Assembly: GCA_038153405.1 (NCBI GenBank)
Contig: JAYOYH010000009.1
Location: 59,161 to 123,160, forward strand
Length of the DNA stretch: 64,000 nucleotides
Direction: 5' to 3'
From: Gemmatimonadota bacterium
Lineage (GTDB): Bacteria > Latescibacterota > UBA2968 > UBA8231
Under the pieces are notes generated by a model. That model had not been told where the DNA came from. It worked only from the letters and a program-made list of their open reading frames with translations, and ran no database searches. Each line of letters starts with the position of its first letter. Positions within the stretch are counted from its first letter, which is position 1. Below are positions 18,946 through 28,995 of the stretch, piece after piece. The translations under genes were made by a program, and so were the position numbers.

Positions 18946-21900
18946 TCAGCGCAGGAGCGTCATTTTGCGCATCTGCACCTGGCCGTCGACTTCGAGACGA
19001 TACAGATACATACCAGAGGAGACCGGAGAGCCGCTGTCGTCGCGCGCGTCCCATTCCAGCACGTGCCGTCCGGGCACAAAGAGCCGATCGGCCAGCCGCC
19101 GCACGCGCTGCCCGGCACTGTTGTAGACGGTCAGTTGTACGGGCTGCGCCACATAGATGTCAAAGGGAATGGCCGTCGACGGATTAAAGGGATTGGGGAA
19201 GTTCTGCAGCAGGCCAACGGCCTGTGGTAGGGCATCACCGCGTGCCGAAAACGCCAGGGTGCCTATGTTGCCGGCCTTATCGGTTGCCCGCACGCGCAGT
19301 GCGTTGTCTGCGGCCGGCATGTGGGTCGGATCGAGCGCCAGCGTCTCGCCATCCCAGCTGTAAGCCGAAGGCAATAGGGGAATTTCTTCCAGCAAGACCT
19401 CGATCTGAGCTAGGCCACTGCCGGCATCGGCAATGGTGAGGGCGTATTCGTCGCGCGCGACAATGCGCGGCGGCGTGCGGTCCTCCATCAGGGCATAGCG
19501 CCCCAACTGACTCAATTCCACTTGCAGCGAACCGCCGCTAAGGGTCGAATGCATCCACTGCCAGCGCCCGTCTGCATAGCGGTAGATCCCCGCTCGCTCG
19601 GAAGAGCCATTGGGCAGCGCCGCGCGCAGACGGCTGCCGCGCCCTGCGTAGGGCTGCGGCGAATGGGCCGTATAGGCGGGAGATAGGGGAATCAGTTCGG
19701 GGCCTGGATGGTCGATGCGGCTCGGTAAGAGAGCGATGACGGCGTCGTCGGCGAACGCTCCCTCGGCTATCTCAATGCGCATATCTGCGTGCGCAATGAT
19801 CTTGCCGCGCCCGACGCGCACGGTGCCGACCTCAAAGGCATAGGAAGACCGAAAAAGCTGGCCGTCGACGATAGACAGGGCTAAGATGGATACGCTGCCC
19901 TCCTGGCCCGGCGTCAGCACGTGGCTGCTCTGCCAGATGCCCTCGGGACCTTCGCTCAGTGCCAAATCGGACCAGCTGCCGTCGTTGAGGCGCAGCTGCG
20001 GCGGCGCATCGGCCGCCATGCGGTCGATTAGGAATAGATCGATAAATTCCGGCTGCAGTGCGTTGGGCAGCGGCACGAGTACAAAATCCTCGCTCTCGGT
20101 GCCTGCGCTGCCGTCGGCCGGATAGACCTGAGCGATGACGAGCGCGGTGACTGTGCTGCCGTCGGGCAGGGTGGCGCGTAGCTCGATGATGTCGCTGCCC
20201 TGCCAAGGCGTAGCGCGCGTCAGCACCAGTGCCCCGCGTTCTACATCTAAGTTAACGCTGACAGGCTGCAGTCCTTGGGCCGTCCACTGCGCGTTGGCAG
20301 GGTCTACCTCGCCCGCTATTAATTCGCTCAACTGCAGGCGTATTTCTGTCGTGCCGGCAAAGAGTCCGACGGTCGTTTGCTCTGTTAGCTCTAGGGCAGA
20401 TCGGGGAAGAACTACGGCGATGCGCAGCGTCGCTTGCAAGCGCGTGCCGTCGTCGCGCACGCCGACCAGCGTAAAGAATTCCTCGCCGTGCCAGTCCTCG
20501 CCGGCAAAGACGATGAGCCGATGGGTTTCCGGATCGATGAGCACGCGTGCATGCAGCCCACCGCTTATGCTCCAGTCAAATTCGTCGGCGTCGGCGTGCG
20601 CAACGAATTGATCGAGGTCGATGCTCTGGTCAAATGCGCCGGCATCTAGGTTGAGTTCAGGCAGCGCGGCCAGTTCCGGCGGCTGGGCCGTTTCGACGGG
20701 TGCCTGTGCCACAATGCGCGCGCTCAGGCGCTGCTCGGGCAGGTCGGTTGTGCTGGCGACAAAGTAGATCGTCCCCTCGCCGTGCCATCCGCTGGCCGCG
20801 CGCAGCGTGACGTAGCGACTGAGCGGATCAATGTCAACGACGACGTTTGCATCGCTCTCTACGCGCCAGCTAATATCGCTGGGCGCCACGTCGCCTACCA
20901 CATAGCTATCGAGGGGGAAACTGTATACTTGGCCGGCGGCTAGCTCGATGTCGGGCAGGGGAGATAGCGCTAAAAAGGGGCCGCTCTGGCCCTCGGCGTT
21001 TAATAGGTGCAAGCGAAGCGTTTGCACCGCTTCGTGCCCATCGGGGTCGACGACGCGCACTTCGATTTCCACCACAGAGGGAACGGCGCTTTCGCGCGGG
21101 TCGATGACCAGCACGTGGCTTTGGGGATCGACGCGCAGGGCGATATCGTCGCGCTGCGGCAGGAAGAAATCCATTTCGCTGGTCGCATGGTCGAGATCGA
21201 ATACGAAGAGGTCGAGGTCGAGCGAGGCATCGACGCCGTCTACGGGAACGCGCACGTCGGGCAGTTCGGCAAAGAGCGGTTCGCCGCTGGCCGGCAGGGA
21301 GTAGACATCGACGGAAAAGGCCATTTGTTCGCCGGTGGGATCGGATACGATAAAGCGCAGCGTTTCGACGCCGACAAAGCCGCTTGGAGCGGAGATGCGC
21401 GCCATGCGACCGCTGCTCAGCTGCACGTTTAGCTGTTGCGAACCGGTTACTTCCCACGTCAGCGTCTCATCGGCGTCATCGGGATCGACGACGAGCTCGT
21501 CGAGGCCCAGCACGTAGCTATCGCCGGACGCCAGACTGAGGCGCTGGGGCTGTGCCACCAGCGTTGGGGCCAGCGAGGGGACGACGGTGACGACGAGGGG
21601 GCCGCTGGCCGTGAGGAGGCCCGAATCTTCGACGACCAGCGTAATTTCTTCGCTGCCGGTCCACCCCCCGGCGGCCGAGACGATCAGGCGTCCTTCGGCC
21701 ATTTCGAGTTGTACCTGCTCGTTGCCTACCCAGGAAAGTCGCAGATCCTCGCTGCGATCCTCCACATCGGACAGCAGCTCGCTCAGGAGCAGGCTGTCGT
21801 CGCTGCGCCCGCGCGTCAGGCGAAGATTGGGCGCAGTCAAGAACTGGGGTGGATCGTTTATCGCAGCGACTTCGATATCTATCTGCAGTGAATCGGAAAA

Positions 21901-22989
21901 ATCAAATGGGTCGCGGGCGATCAGCACAGCGCGCGTCTGGCCGTGCCAGTTGGCCTGTGGCGCGATATGCGCCACGCGCGCTGCTGGGTCGATTGCAATG
22001 GCAATTTCCGGGGGGGCATCGACTGTCCATTCGAGCTGTTCGAAAGGCGTGTCGCTATCGGAGACCAGCGCATCTAGGGCCAGCGCGTAGGCCTGGTCTT
22101 CGTTCAAGCCAAGTGCGCCAATAGGAGAAAAGGTCGGAGCGGCGTTGACGAATATTTCCAGCGTGTCGGATGTAGTCTGGCCGGCGGGGTTGCGCGCCGT
22201 CAGCACCAGCTGCTCCCACGGTGAGGCGTCGCTCGGAGCTTGCAGCAAGAGCGCGTTGTCCTCCACATCGTGCGTGCTGTGCAGGCCCCCTATGGGGGAA
22301 ATGGACCAGGTTATTTCGCCCAGCTCGTATATCGGGTCAAAGACGTAGTCGTCGAGGTCGAACCGATACGTGCCACCGCGCGGCAGCACCAGTCGCTCGG
22401 GCAAACCGCTGATTGTGATGCCCTGCACCGTGAGGCGCAGCGGGTGGATAAAGCGAAACGAGTGCTGGTCGCCTTCGGGGCGGAAAAAGCGCGTTTCGCG
22501 GGTGCCGCTTTCGTCGATGTGCACCTGCATTTCTGCGGCTGGTGCGAGCGCGCGCAGGCGGAAAGAGGCGATCGGTCCAGAACCCTGATCGGCGGCGCGC
22601 ACGACGCTGTAGTCAAGTTGGATGCCCGGTGCGCTGGCCGCTGGATCTTCTTCGTCGAGCAGGTAGTTGCGGAAGATCTCGCCGTTGGCGAGAAAGGCGC
22701 CCGGAGCGAAGGGTTGGAAACCCGTCTGGGCCGCGCGGTCCTCGTCGACGATTTCTAGGTAGTCCGAGTCAACCGTGAGAAATACGGCGGCGCCGGACAG
22801 CGGCTCGTTTTCCGAGTCGATCCACAGCTCCACTTCAATTTCGTCGCCGACCATCACGGAAGTCGTGCTGGTATTGGCGCCCGCCGGGCGCAGCTCGAGG
22901 CGTGCCGCCATCAACGATGTGGGCGGAGTGATAACGACGAAAATGAGGAGAAATGCGAGGGCAATCCGTTGTTTCATAAGAAGCTCCAT
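18946..22989 (-). CDS. Large secreted protein: N-terminal cohesin-like domain, ~8 tandem ~95-aa cadherin/Ig-like repeats, C-terminal FlgD-Ig/sorting-type domain
   Basis: Signal peptide; repeats L.LD..V.D.D.....L.W.....W.G; ends QNFPNPFNPST...WDARD..G..VSSGMYLYRL...RKMTLLR; RBS GGGGAGG. Confidence 0.85.
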   Translation of the reverse strand: MELLMKQRIALAFLLIFVVITPPTSLMAARLELRPAGANTSTTSVMVGDEIEVELWIDSENEPLSGAAVFLTVDSDYLEIVDEDRAAQTGFQPFAPGAFLANGEIFRNYLLDEEDPAASAPGIQLDYSVVRAADQGSGPIASFRLRALAPAAEMQVHIDESGTRETRFFRPEGDQHSFRFIHPLRLTVQGITISGLPERLVLPRGGTYRFDLDDYVFDPIYELGEITWSISPIGGLHSTHDVEDNALLLQAPSDASPWEQLVLTARNPAGQTTSDTLEIFVNAAPTFSPIGALGLNEDQAYALALDALVSDSDTPFEQLEWTVDAPPEIAIAIDPAARVAHIAPQANWHGQTRAVLIARDPFDFSDSLQIDIEVAAINDPPQFLTAPNLRLTRGRSDDSLLLSELLSDVEDRSEDLRLSWVGNEQVQLEMAEGRLIVSAAGGWTGSEEITLVVEDSGLLTASGPLVVTVVPSLAPTLVAQPQRLSLASGDSYVLGLDELVVDPDDADETLTWEVTGSQQLNVQLSSGRMARISAPSGFVGVETLRFIVSDPTGEQMAFSVDVYSLPASGEPLFAELPDVRVPVDGVDASLDLDLFVFDLDHATSEMDFFLPQRDDIALRVDPQSHVLVIDPRESAVPSVVEIEVRVVDPDGHEAVQTLRLHLLNAEGQSGPFLALSPLPDIELAAGQVYSFPLDSYVVGDVAPSDISWRVESDANVVVDIDPLSRYVTLRAASGWHGEGTIYFVASTTDLPEQRLSARIVAQAPVETAQPPELAALPELNLDAGAFDQSIDLDQFVAHADADEFDWSISGGLHARVLIDPETHRLIVFAGEDWHGEEFFTLVGVRDDGTRLQATLRIAVVLPRSALELTEQTTVGLFAGTTEIRLQLSELIAGEVDPANAQWTAQGLQPVSVNLDVERGALVLTRATPWQGSDIIELRATLPDGSTVTALVIAQVYPADGSAGTESEDFVLVPLPNALQPEFIDLFLIDRMAADAPPQLRLNDGSWSDLALSEGPEGIWQSSHVLTPGQEGSVSILALSIVDGQLFRSSYAFEVGTVRVGRGKIIAHADMRIEIAEGAFADDAVIALLPSRIDHPGPELIPLSPAYTAHSPQPYAGRGSRLRAALPNGSSERAGIYRYADGRWQWMHSTLSGGSLQVELSQLGRYALMEDRTPPRIVARDEYALTIADAGSGLAQIEVLLEEIPLLPSAYSWDGETLALDPTHMPAADNALRVRATDKAGNIGTLAFSARGDALPQAVGLLQNFPNPFNPSTAIPFDIYVAQPVQLTVYNSAGQRVRRLADRLFVPGRHVLEWDARDDSGSPVSSGMYLYRLEVDGQVQMRKMTLLR

Positions 22990-23021
22990 CCTCCCCGGAG
23001 GGAACGTGTAAGGCCTTGGGA

Positions 23022-23037
23022 GGCAAAAGCTATGCCA
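23022..23037 (-). promoter_or_regulatory. Sigma54 (-24/-12) promoter for the 1347-aa repeat protein
   Basis: Minus strand TGGCATAGCTTTTGCC (GG-N10-GC), 32 nt before the ATG at 22989. Confidence 0.72.
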
Positions 23038-23058
23038 GTGCGCTCAGAGGGAGCAGCA

Positions 23059-23116
23059 GTGGAAAAAGCAGCAATCTGGTGGAACTTTCTGCCGTATATG
23101 GGAAGAATCTTCCATG
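23059..23116. promoter_or_regulatory. Candidate enhancer-binding-protein sites between the divergent sigma54 promoters
   Basis: GGAA at 23061, 23081 and 23101 (exact 20-bp phasing); the third copy is part of the perfect palindrome GGAAGA-A-TCTTCC (23101-23113). Confidence 0.45.
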
Positions 23117-23180
23117 CTGCACGTAGGTAGAATGCCCCTTTGCATGGGGTGACGGTGGGATCTCACCCCTATAAGTAGTA

Positions 23181-23196
23181 TGGCATTGATCTTGCT
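23181..23196 (+). promoter_or_regulatory. Sigma54 (-24/-12) promoter for the two giant paralogues
   Basis: TGGCATTGATCTTGCT matches TGGCAC-N5-TTGCW spacing; ~60 nt before ATG 23257. Confidence 0.75.
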
Positions 23197-23256
23197 GAAG
23201 AGCAGGCGTTGAAGGGAATCGAACGTTGCCAAGATGGCGGCATTCTAAGGAATGGA

Positions 23257-26200
23257 ATGGTGAAGTCCTTCTCTGCTCAGAGTACATTGCGCGTGCACCA
23301 ATCCTATTGGCAGCGGTCGACGCGCTACTCCATCCCGTGGATCACTGCGGGCCTGCTGCTGCTGCTGTGGTTGGCACCTCGGGTCTACGGTGCGGCGCCG
23401 ATCTTTGAGAATCGCACGCCGGTGGGCTTTTCCACGGCCGATAGCACGACGCAGCAGGATTTCGTGCTGGGCGGTGAGATTGTGGTGCGCGCCGATCTCA
23501 ACCAGGCGGCGACGCCGACCTACCCTGTCATTGGACACTTTCACAACATCGAACGCAGCGTGCAGGTTGAAGGCAGCGATGTCGACGGTCTGCAGACCGA
23601 TATCGCCGTAGATGGCGACGGCACGGTGCACATGGCCTGGATTGCGCAGGAGGTCGTCAGTCCGGTCTCGACGCCGGTCTACTACGTGCGCTACGCGCGC
23701 AGCGAAGACAGCGGACGCACTTTCTCGGCGCCGGTCAGCGTGTCGGGTGGTTTGCGATTTGACTTGTTGACCGTCAATACGGCAGCCAATAGCAGCGGGT
23801 TTTCGACGCTCGACCTGGAAGTCGACAGCCGCGGCAATCCGCGCGTTGCCTACGCGATGAATCACTCACCCGACGGCCACACCGCCAAGTTTAGCGGCAG
23901 CGGCGACGCCGACAACGTCTATTTCAACTACTCGCAAAACGGCGGCGCCTCGTGGCTGCCGTCCGATCGCGCTATCGTCGTCAACGACACCGTTACGCTC
24001 GGCAACCTGCAGGGCCGTGCCAGCGCCTTCCCGCGCCTAGTCGTCGACCAGCGCGACAATATATTCATCAGCTACGTGCGCGGTTCGAGCCAGGGTTCGG
24101 GCAACGACGACATTATGTTGGCCAAGGTCGATCGTTCGACGACGCCCTTTGATATGGAGCGCGTCGGCTCGCTTGGTGGGGTGGGCAGCAGCGGCGGGGT
24201 CCGCATATCGCCAGAGGCCGGGCGCCACAGCGGGCCGGATCTAGCCGTGGGCACCGGTGACGTGCTGCACCTGATCTACTTCAACGATACCGGCAACGAC
24301 ATCGAGCATAAGACGCTGCTGGCCGACTCGTGGAATACGGTAGGCGGCACCGGTTGGAACCAGTCGGTCGACGGCGCCGACGTAGACGACTTTGTCGATG
24401 AGGCGACGGTGGCGGCCATTGAGTCGGACGCCAACTTCTTCTTTCCCAGCATCGCCGTTGATAAGCAGAGTTCTCCCGACAAGGTCTATGCTGTTTATAA
24501 GTTTGGCGATGCCACCTTTGAGACGGTAGCATTTAATCGCTATACCTACGACAATGCTATCGGCGGCAGTGCCGGTTGGAATACGGCCGCGGCGATGCCG
24601 GTGTGGAGCACGGCGACTTCACCGGTCTTTGCCGACGGCAACGCAGCGTATAATATCGAGTTGGAATGGACGCACACCGAACGCGTCGCCGTGTTGGTAG
24701 ACGACCGCCTGCCCGATCGCGGCGAGGTGCACATCGCATTTAGCGCAGGTTATTCTAGCAGCGGTGAACACGACATCTACTACGGCTATTACAACGGTGC
24801 TTCGTGGATTTTGCCGGAAAAGGTGGCCGACGACGATTCAGATACCGGCGTCGAGGACGGCATCGCCACCAGCGACGTATATCTCGCCTCGCCTGCCTTG
24901 GCCAAGGCGACCGGGCAGTCCAACCTATTTATGGCATTTTCCGGCGGTGCAGGCGAGGGGTTGGGTATCAACGGCGTCAGCGATGTAAACGGGCACGCCT
25001 ATTTTAAGGTACTGGGCCGATCCATAACGTCGGAAGACGAGTCGGTGCCCGTGGGGGCCTTTGCCTACAACCTCAGCTACACGCCGGTCAATCCGCAAAA
25101 TCACAGCAGCGCAATCGACGACAATCTGGTCTACGTGCACGTGGCCGACAATGTCGACGGCACGAGATTGGGCGCGACCGGCAGGCGCCAAACGGACGGC
25201 TTTCTGGCCGGTGACTGGGAGTCGGTCGGCGTGCGTTCGAGCGATGACGACAAATACTTCGAAGGTCGTTTTAACGAAGACGCTAGCTCCGGCCAGGAGT
25301 GGGGCGACGACGACGATAAAATTGGTCTGCTCGTCAAGTTCAATGTACTGGGCAGCGATTCGCCGGTTAATGTGCAGGTCATAACTAATAGTACGGCCAG
25401 CGCCAGCGGCACGGGGTTGGGCGCGCGCTCTGTGCGCGTGGGGACGGACCCATCGGCTATTGCGGGAGTGGGCTCGTTTTTTATGCTGGGCGCCGATATC
25501 GACATTATCGATTCCAATACTGCCCCCAGGGTGCAGGTGCTGCAGCCCGACGGCGTGGGCGACGAGGCCAATACATCGTATCCCATTATGTACAACCTCA
25601 GCGACACCGACGACCAAATAGTCAGCGGTGGGTTGAAGGCGGCGCTGTATTTTTCTCCCGACTCTTCGCTGGCCTCAGTGCAAGATATCCGCATTTTCGC
25701 AACGCTTATCGCCGATGAAAACGACCAGACGAGCGTATTTTCCAGCGGCACCAACGATCTATCGGAAGGACTGAGCGAGAGCTATACCTGGGATGATCCG
25801 CCCACTGCGTTAAAGGCCAAGCTCTTTGCCAGCATCAATCAGGTCATAAGCGGTAAGTATTACATTTACCTTGTCGCCGACGACCAGAAAAATCCTCCGG
25901 TCTTCGCGCGCAGTCCCGGTGCGCTGACCATAAAGCACGTGCCGATTATTGTGCACGTCGATCCAGCTATGGCTGACACGGTCGACACCGGCGTGCGCTC
26001 GGGTGCCACGGCCAATCCCTATGATCTCGATTTTACCGTGCGCGATTTCGACCTGCAGGGAGCCGCGGAAATACAGCTATTCTACTCCTCGGTCAGCGGG
26101 CTGCAGTCGGTGTCAGTTATCGGCACGTTTCCCAACCAGAAATTTACCCTCGGCAAGAGCGCGTCTGGCGTGCGCGCCATTCCCATCACGCATACGGATA

Positions 26201-28995
26201 CGCTGACGAGCAGCTATGTAGAATTCTCGTGGGATATTAGAGATTCAGTCGCCGTGCGCGTCGGGGCGAGCATCGACTCGCAGACGGTAGCTGAGGGCAG
26301 CTACTTTATTTACCTGGTCGCCAGCGACTCAATTTCTACCACCGTGGGGCAGAGCGAGGCGATGCTGACGGTTAAGCATTCGCCTTCGTTTACCTTTTAC
26401 GAGCCGCCGCGCGACACGCATCGCCGCATCAATACGGGATCGCAGCCCATTTTCACCGTGCAGTGGCAGAAGGGACGCAGCGACCTCGACTTCGACGACA
26501 ATGCGACGATAGATCTCTACTTTACGACGGACAGTCCCGCCGTCGTCAACTACGAGAACTACGCCGATTCGCTGCTCAAGGACAGCGATACGCGCGTGAT
26601 CGTCAAAGGCCTGCGCGAAGATGCTGAAGGCGCATCCGATATGTATGTCTGGGATTTGCGCAATCCACCCAACGATACGCCGCTCAGCGGGCAGAAAGTC
26701 TGGCTATACGCCATGATCAGCGACGAGCGCGGCAACAGCACTACGGCACTGGGTGGCGCGCTAACCATGACGCACGATCCGCATATCAACTTGCTCAGTT
26801 CCAAGTTGGACGACTACGATGCATTCGTTAAAAACGACGTTCTACGCCTCAAGTGGGATGATTATATGGTAGACGATGGTGTGGGCACAGACGATGCCTA
26901 CATCCGCCTCTATGCATCCACGCAGGCCAATCTGACTACGCTGTCGGCGTTAGAAGCCGACGTGGGCGTCAACGGCTTTCTCATCAATAGCTCGAACGGA
27001 TTGACGACGGGAACGATTGCCAGCGTGCGCGAGGACAGTGCTAATTTTTTCGATTGGAACACCAAGCTATTTGGTGCCGCGGTCAACTATTACGTGTATG
27101 CAGCTATCAGCAGGGATGCGACGTTTAGCAACAATGCCGCGACGACGTTTAGCCGCAGCGCCACGGCGCTGACTATTGGCGCGGGTAGCGCCACGCCGAA
27201 TATCAGCTTGAGTCCAACGGATCAAACTGTGGCGGTCAATGATACCGTGACGCTGGACGTCATGGTGCAGCACAGCAGTGCGATCAATTTCGTGCAAGTT
27301 GTGCTCAACTTTGGCGATTCCAGCTTCTCTATAGTCGACCAGAGCACGGACGCCGGACTGCAGCCCTTTATCGATTTAAATCAGGTATTTTCCGGGGCCA
27401 CGCCCATCGAGAATGCCTACGATTCATCCGCTTCTAAACTGCGCTTCGCCAAGTCTACGTTCCAAGGTGAGCTAGTCGGTTCGGCTACGCAGCCAGCTCG
27501 CCTGGCGCGTTTTCAGCTGGTGCCAACCTCCAGCCTAGCGGCGACGCCGTCCGTCACTTTTCAGACGGGGGAAACGGGCACGGTATTGGGCGTAGTGGGC
27601 AAAACTGATCCGCTCGACAACGGCGAGGGATTATCGCTGCTAGACCCCAATTTCAAGCGCGTCGAGCGCGGCAGCATTACGGCGGTGGTCGAGTTGGAAG
27701 GGCGCACGCTGGGATCGGGTGACTTCTCCTCTCTGTTGGATATACATCTGCGCCACCCCGGCAGCACAATCGACATTGCAGATGCCGTTTTTCTCAGCGC
27801 TAACGATGCCAACGTCTCTACGACGGATACGCTCGAAAAACAGAGTGCCGCCAATGGCGCACTGACGTTGACGAATGTGCCGGCTGGACGCTACGTGCTG
27901 ACGGTCAAAGACACCAGCCACGTCAGCGCGCGCACGGATACGTTTACCGTAAGCAATGGGCAAACGGTTGCCGTTGGCAGCGACATTCCCGGGTTTTTTG
28001 GCTCGGACCTGCGCGGCGATCCGACGACGACGCTGGCCAATTCGGGCAGGCGGCTGATTGCCGGGGATGCCAGCGAAGACAACGAAATTAACGAAGACGA
28101 CGTCAATATTATAATTGCCGCCTGGGGCGCCAATAGCGCGGTGGCCAATTTTCGCCAGGCCGACCTAAACAACGACAACCAAGTCGGCGCGGCCGACCTA
28201 ACGGCGACGACCTCTAATTTTGGCAATAGCGAGGGCTTTGGTGCACCGCCCGTATACAAGCGCGCTGCGGCGGGAGATAATGCAGGTTCATCCATTGAAG
28301 TCGTTCCGCTCTTCGATCGCCGCGTCGCTCCCTTTGTCGGCCAGCGCGTAGATGTGGTCGTGCAGGCGCGCGACTTGGACGATCTGGCCGGCTATGAGTT
28401 CGATCTTCAGTTCGATCCGCGCGCCCTGCGCCTGCTGCCGGGCGGCCAACAGGCCGGCGACGTATTTGGCGGCAATCCGCGCGGGGCAGTATTCGACGCG
28501 CGCGTCGACGATGCCGGGCATCTGCGCGTCATGGCCTCGCGCTACGGCAAGGAGTGGTCGGCACAGGGCGATGGCCAGTTGGTCAGGCTGCGCTTTGAAG
28601 TGCTGCGCGAAGATGCGCTGCAGACGCTGCAGCCGGGCGGCGGCACGCTGTTGAGCACGCTATACGACCAACAGCCGGTTCGTTGGGGAGGGTCGCTGCT
28701 CGACTGGATCCTGCCGCAGGTGCCTGATTTAGCGCAAAATTTCCCCAATCCCTTTAATCCGAGCACCAGCATTCCACTGGCGCTGCCCCAGCGCACCCAG
28801 GTGCGCCTAGCCGTCTTTAACGTGCTGGGTCAGAAGGTGCGCACGCTGATCGACGGGCCGATGGAAGCCGGCTATCACACCATGGTGTGGAACGGTCGCG
28901 ATGAAGCGGGTAGCCAAGCGGCAGCCGGCACCTACTTCTACCTGCTGGAAGCCGACCAATTTCGCCAGACGCGCAAGATGACGTTGGTTAAGTGA
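23257..28995 (+). CDS. Giant secreted multidomain protein A: Asp-box/BNR head, four Ig-like modules, cohesin-like, dockerin-like, cohesin-like and FlgD-Ig/sorting-type C-terminal domains
   Basis: Signal peptide; SEDSGRTF and SQNGGASW Asp-boxes; duplicated Ca-loop GDASEDNEINEDD...ADLNNDNQVGAADL; LAGYEFDLQFDP; QNFPNPFNPST...RKMTLVK. Start placed at ATG 23257 (AAGGA upstream). Confidence 0.85.
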   Translation: MVKSFSAQSTLRVHQSYWQRSTRYSIPWITAGLLLLLWLAPRVYGAAPIFENRTPVGFSTADSTTQQDFVLGGEIVVRADLNQAATPTYPVIGHFHNIERSVQVEGSDVDGLQTDIAVDGDGTVHMAWIAQEVVSPVSTPVYYVRYARSEDSGRTFSAPVSVSGGLRFDLLTVNTAANSSGFSTLDLEVDSRGNPRVAYAMNHSPDGHTAKFSGSGDADNVYFNYSQNGGASWLPSDRAIVVNDTVTLGNLQGRASAFPRLVVDQRDNIFISYVRGSSQGSGNDDIMLAKVDRSTTPFDMERVGSLGGVGSSGGVRISPEAGRHSGPDLAVGTGDVLHLIYFNDTGNDIEHKTLLADSWNTVGGTGWNQSVDGADVDDFVDEATVAAIESDANFFFPSIAVDKQSSPDKVYAVYKFGDATFETVAFNRYTYDNAIGGSAGWNTAAAMPVWSTATSPVFADGNAAYNIELEWTHTERVAVLVDDRLPDRGEVHIAFSAGYSSSGEHDIYYGYYNGASWILPEKVADDDSDTGVEDGIATSDVYLASPALAKATGQSNLFMAFSGGAGEGLGINGVSDVNGHAYFKVLGRSITSEDESVPVGAFAYNLSYTPVNPQNHSSAIDDNLVYVHVADNVDGTRLGATGRRQTDGFLAGDWESVGVRSSDDDKYFEGRFNEDASSGQEWGDDDDKIGLLVKFNVLGSDSPVNVQVITNSTASASGTGLGARSVRVGTDPSAIAGVGSFFMLGADIDIIDSNTAPRVQVLQPDGVGDEANTSYPIMYNLSDTDDQIVSGGLKAALYFSPDSSLASVQDIRIFATLIADENDQTSVFSSGTNDLSEGLSESYTWDDPPTALKAKLFASINQVISGKYYIYLVADDQKNPPVFARSPGALTIKHVPIIVHVDPAMADTVDTGVRSGATANPYDLDFTVRDFDLQGAAEIQLFYSSVSGLQSVSVIGTFPNQKFTLGKSASGVRAIPITHTDTLTSSYVEFSWDIRDSVAVRVGASIDSQTVAEGSYFIYLVASDSISTTVGQSEAMLTVKHSPSFTFYEPPRDTHRRINTGSQPIFTVQWQKGRSDLDFDDNATIDLYFTTDSPAVVNYENYADSLLKDSDTRVIVKGLREDAEGASDMYVWDLRNPPNDTPLSGQKVWLYAMISDERGNSTTALGGALTMTHDPHINLLSSKLDDYDAFVKNDVLRLKWDDYMVDDGVGTDDAYIRLYASTQANLTTLSALEADVGVNGFLINSSNGLTTGTIASVREDSANFFDWNTKLFGAAVNYYVYAAISRDATFSNNAATTFSRSATALTIGAGSATPNISLSPTDQTVAVNDTVTLDVMVQHSSAINFVQVVLNFGDSSFSIVDQSTDAGLQPFIDLNQVFSGATPIENAYDSSASKLRFAKSTFQGELVGSATQPARLARFQLVPTSSLAATPSVTFQTGETGTVLGVVGKTDPLDNGEGLSLLDPNFKRVERGSITAVVELEGRTLGSGDFSSLLDIHLRHPGSTIDIADAVFLSANDANVSTTDTLEKQSAANGALTLTNVPAGRYVLTVKDTSHVSARTDTFTVSNGQTVAVGSDIPGFFGSDLRGDPTTTLANSGRRLIAGDASEDNEINEDDVNIIIAAWGANSAVANFRQADLNNDNQVGAADLTATTSNFGNSEGFGAPPVYKRAAAGDNAGSSIEVVPLFDRRVAPFVGQRVDVVVQARDLDDLAGYEFDLQFDPRALRLLPGGQQAGDVFGGNPRGAVFDARVDDAGHLRVMASRYGKEWSAQGDGQLVRLRFEVLREDALQTLQPGGGTLLSTLYDQQPVRWGGSLLDWILPQVPDLAQNFPNPFNPSTSIPLALPQRTQVRLAVFNVLGQKVRTLIDGPMEAGYHTMVWNGRDEAGSQAAAGTYFYLLEADQFRQTRKMTLVK

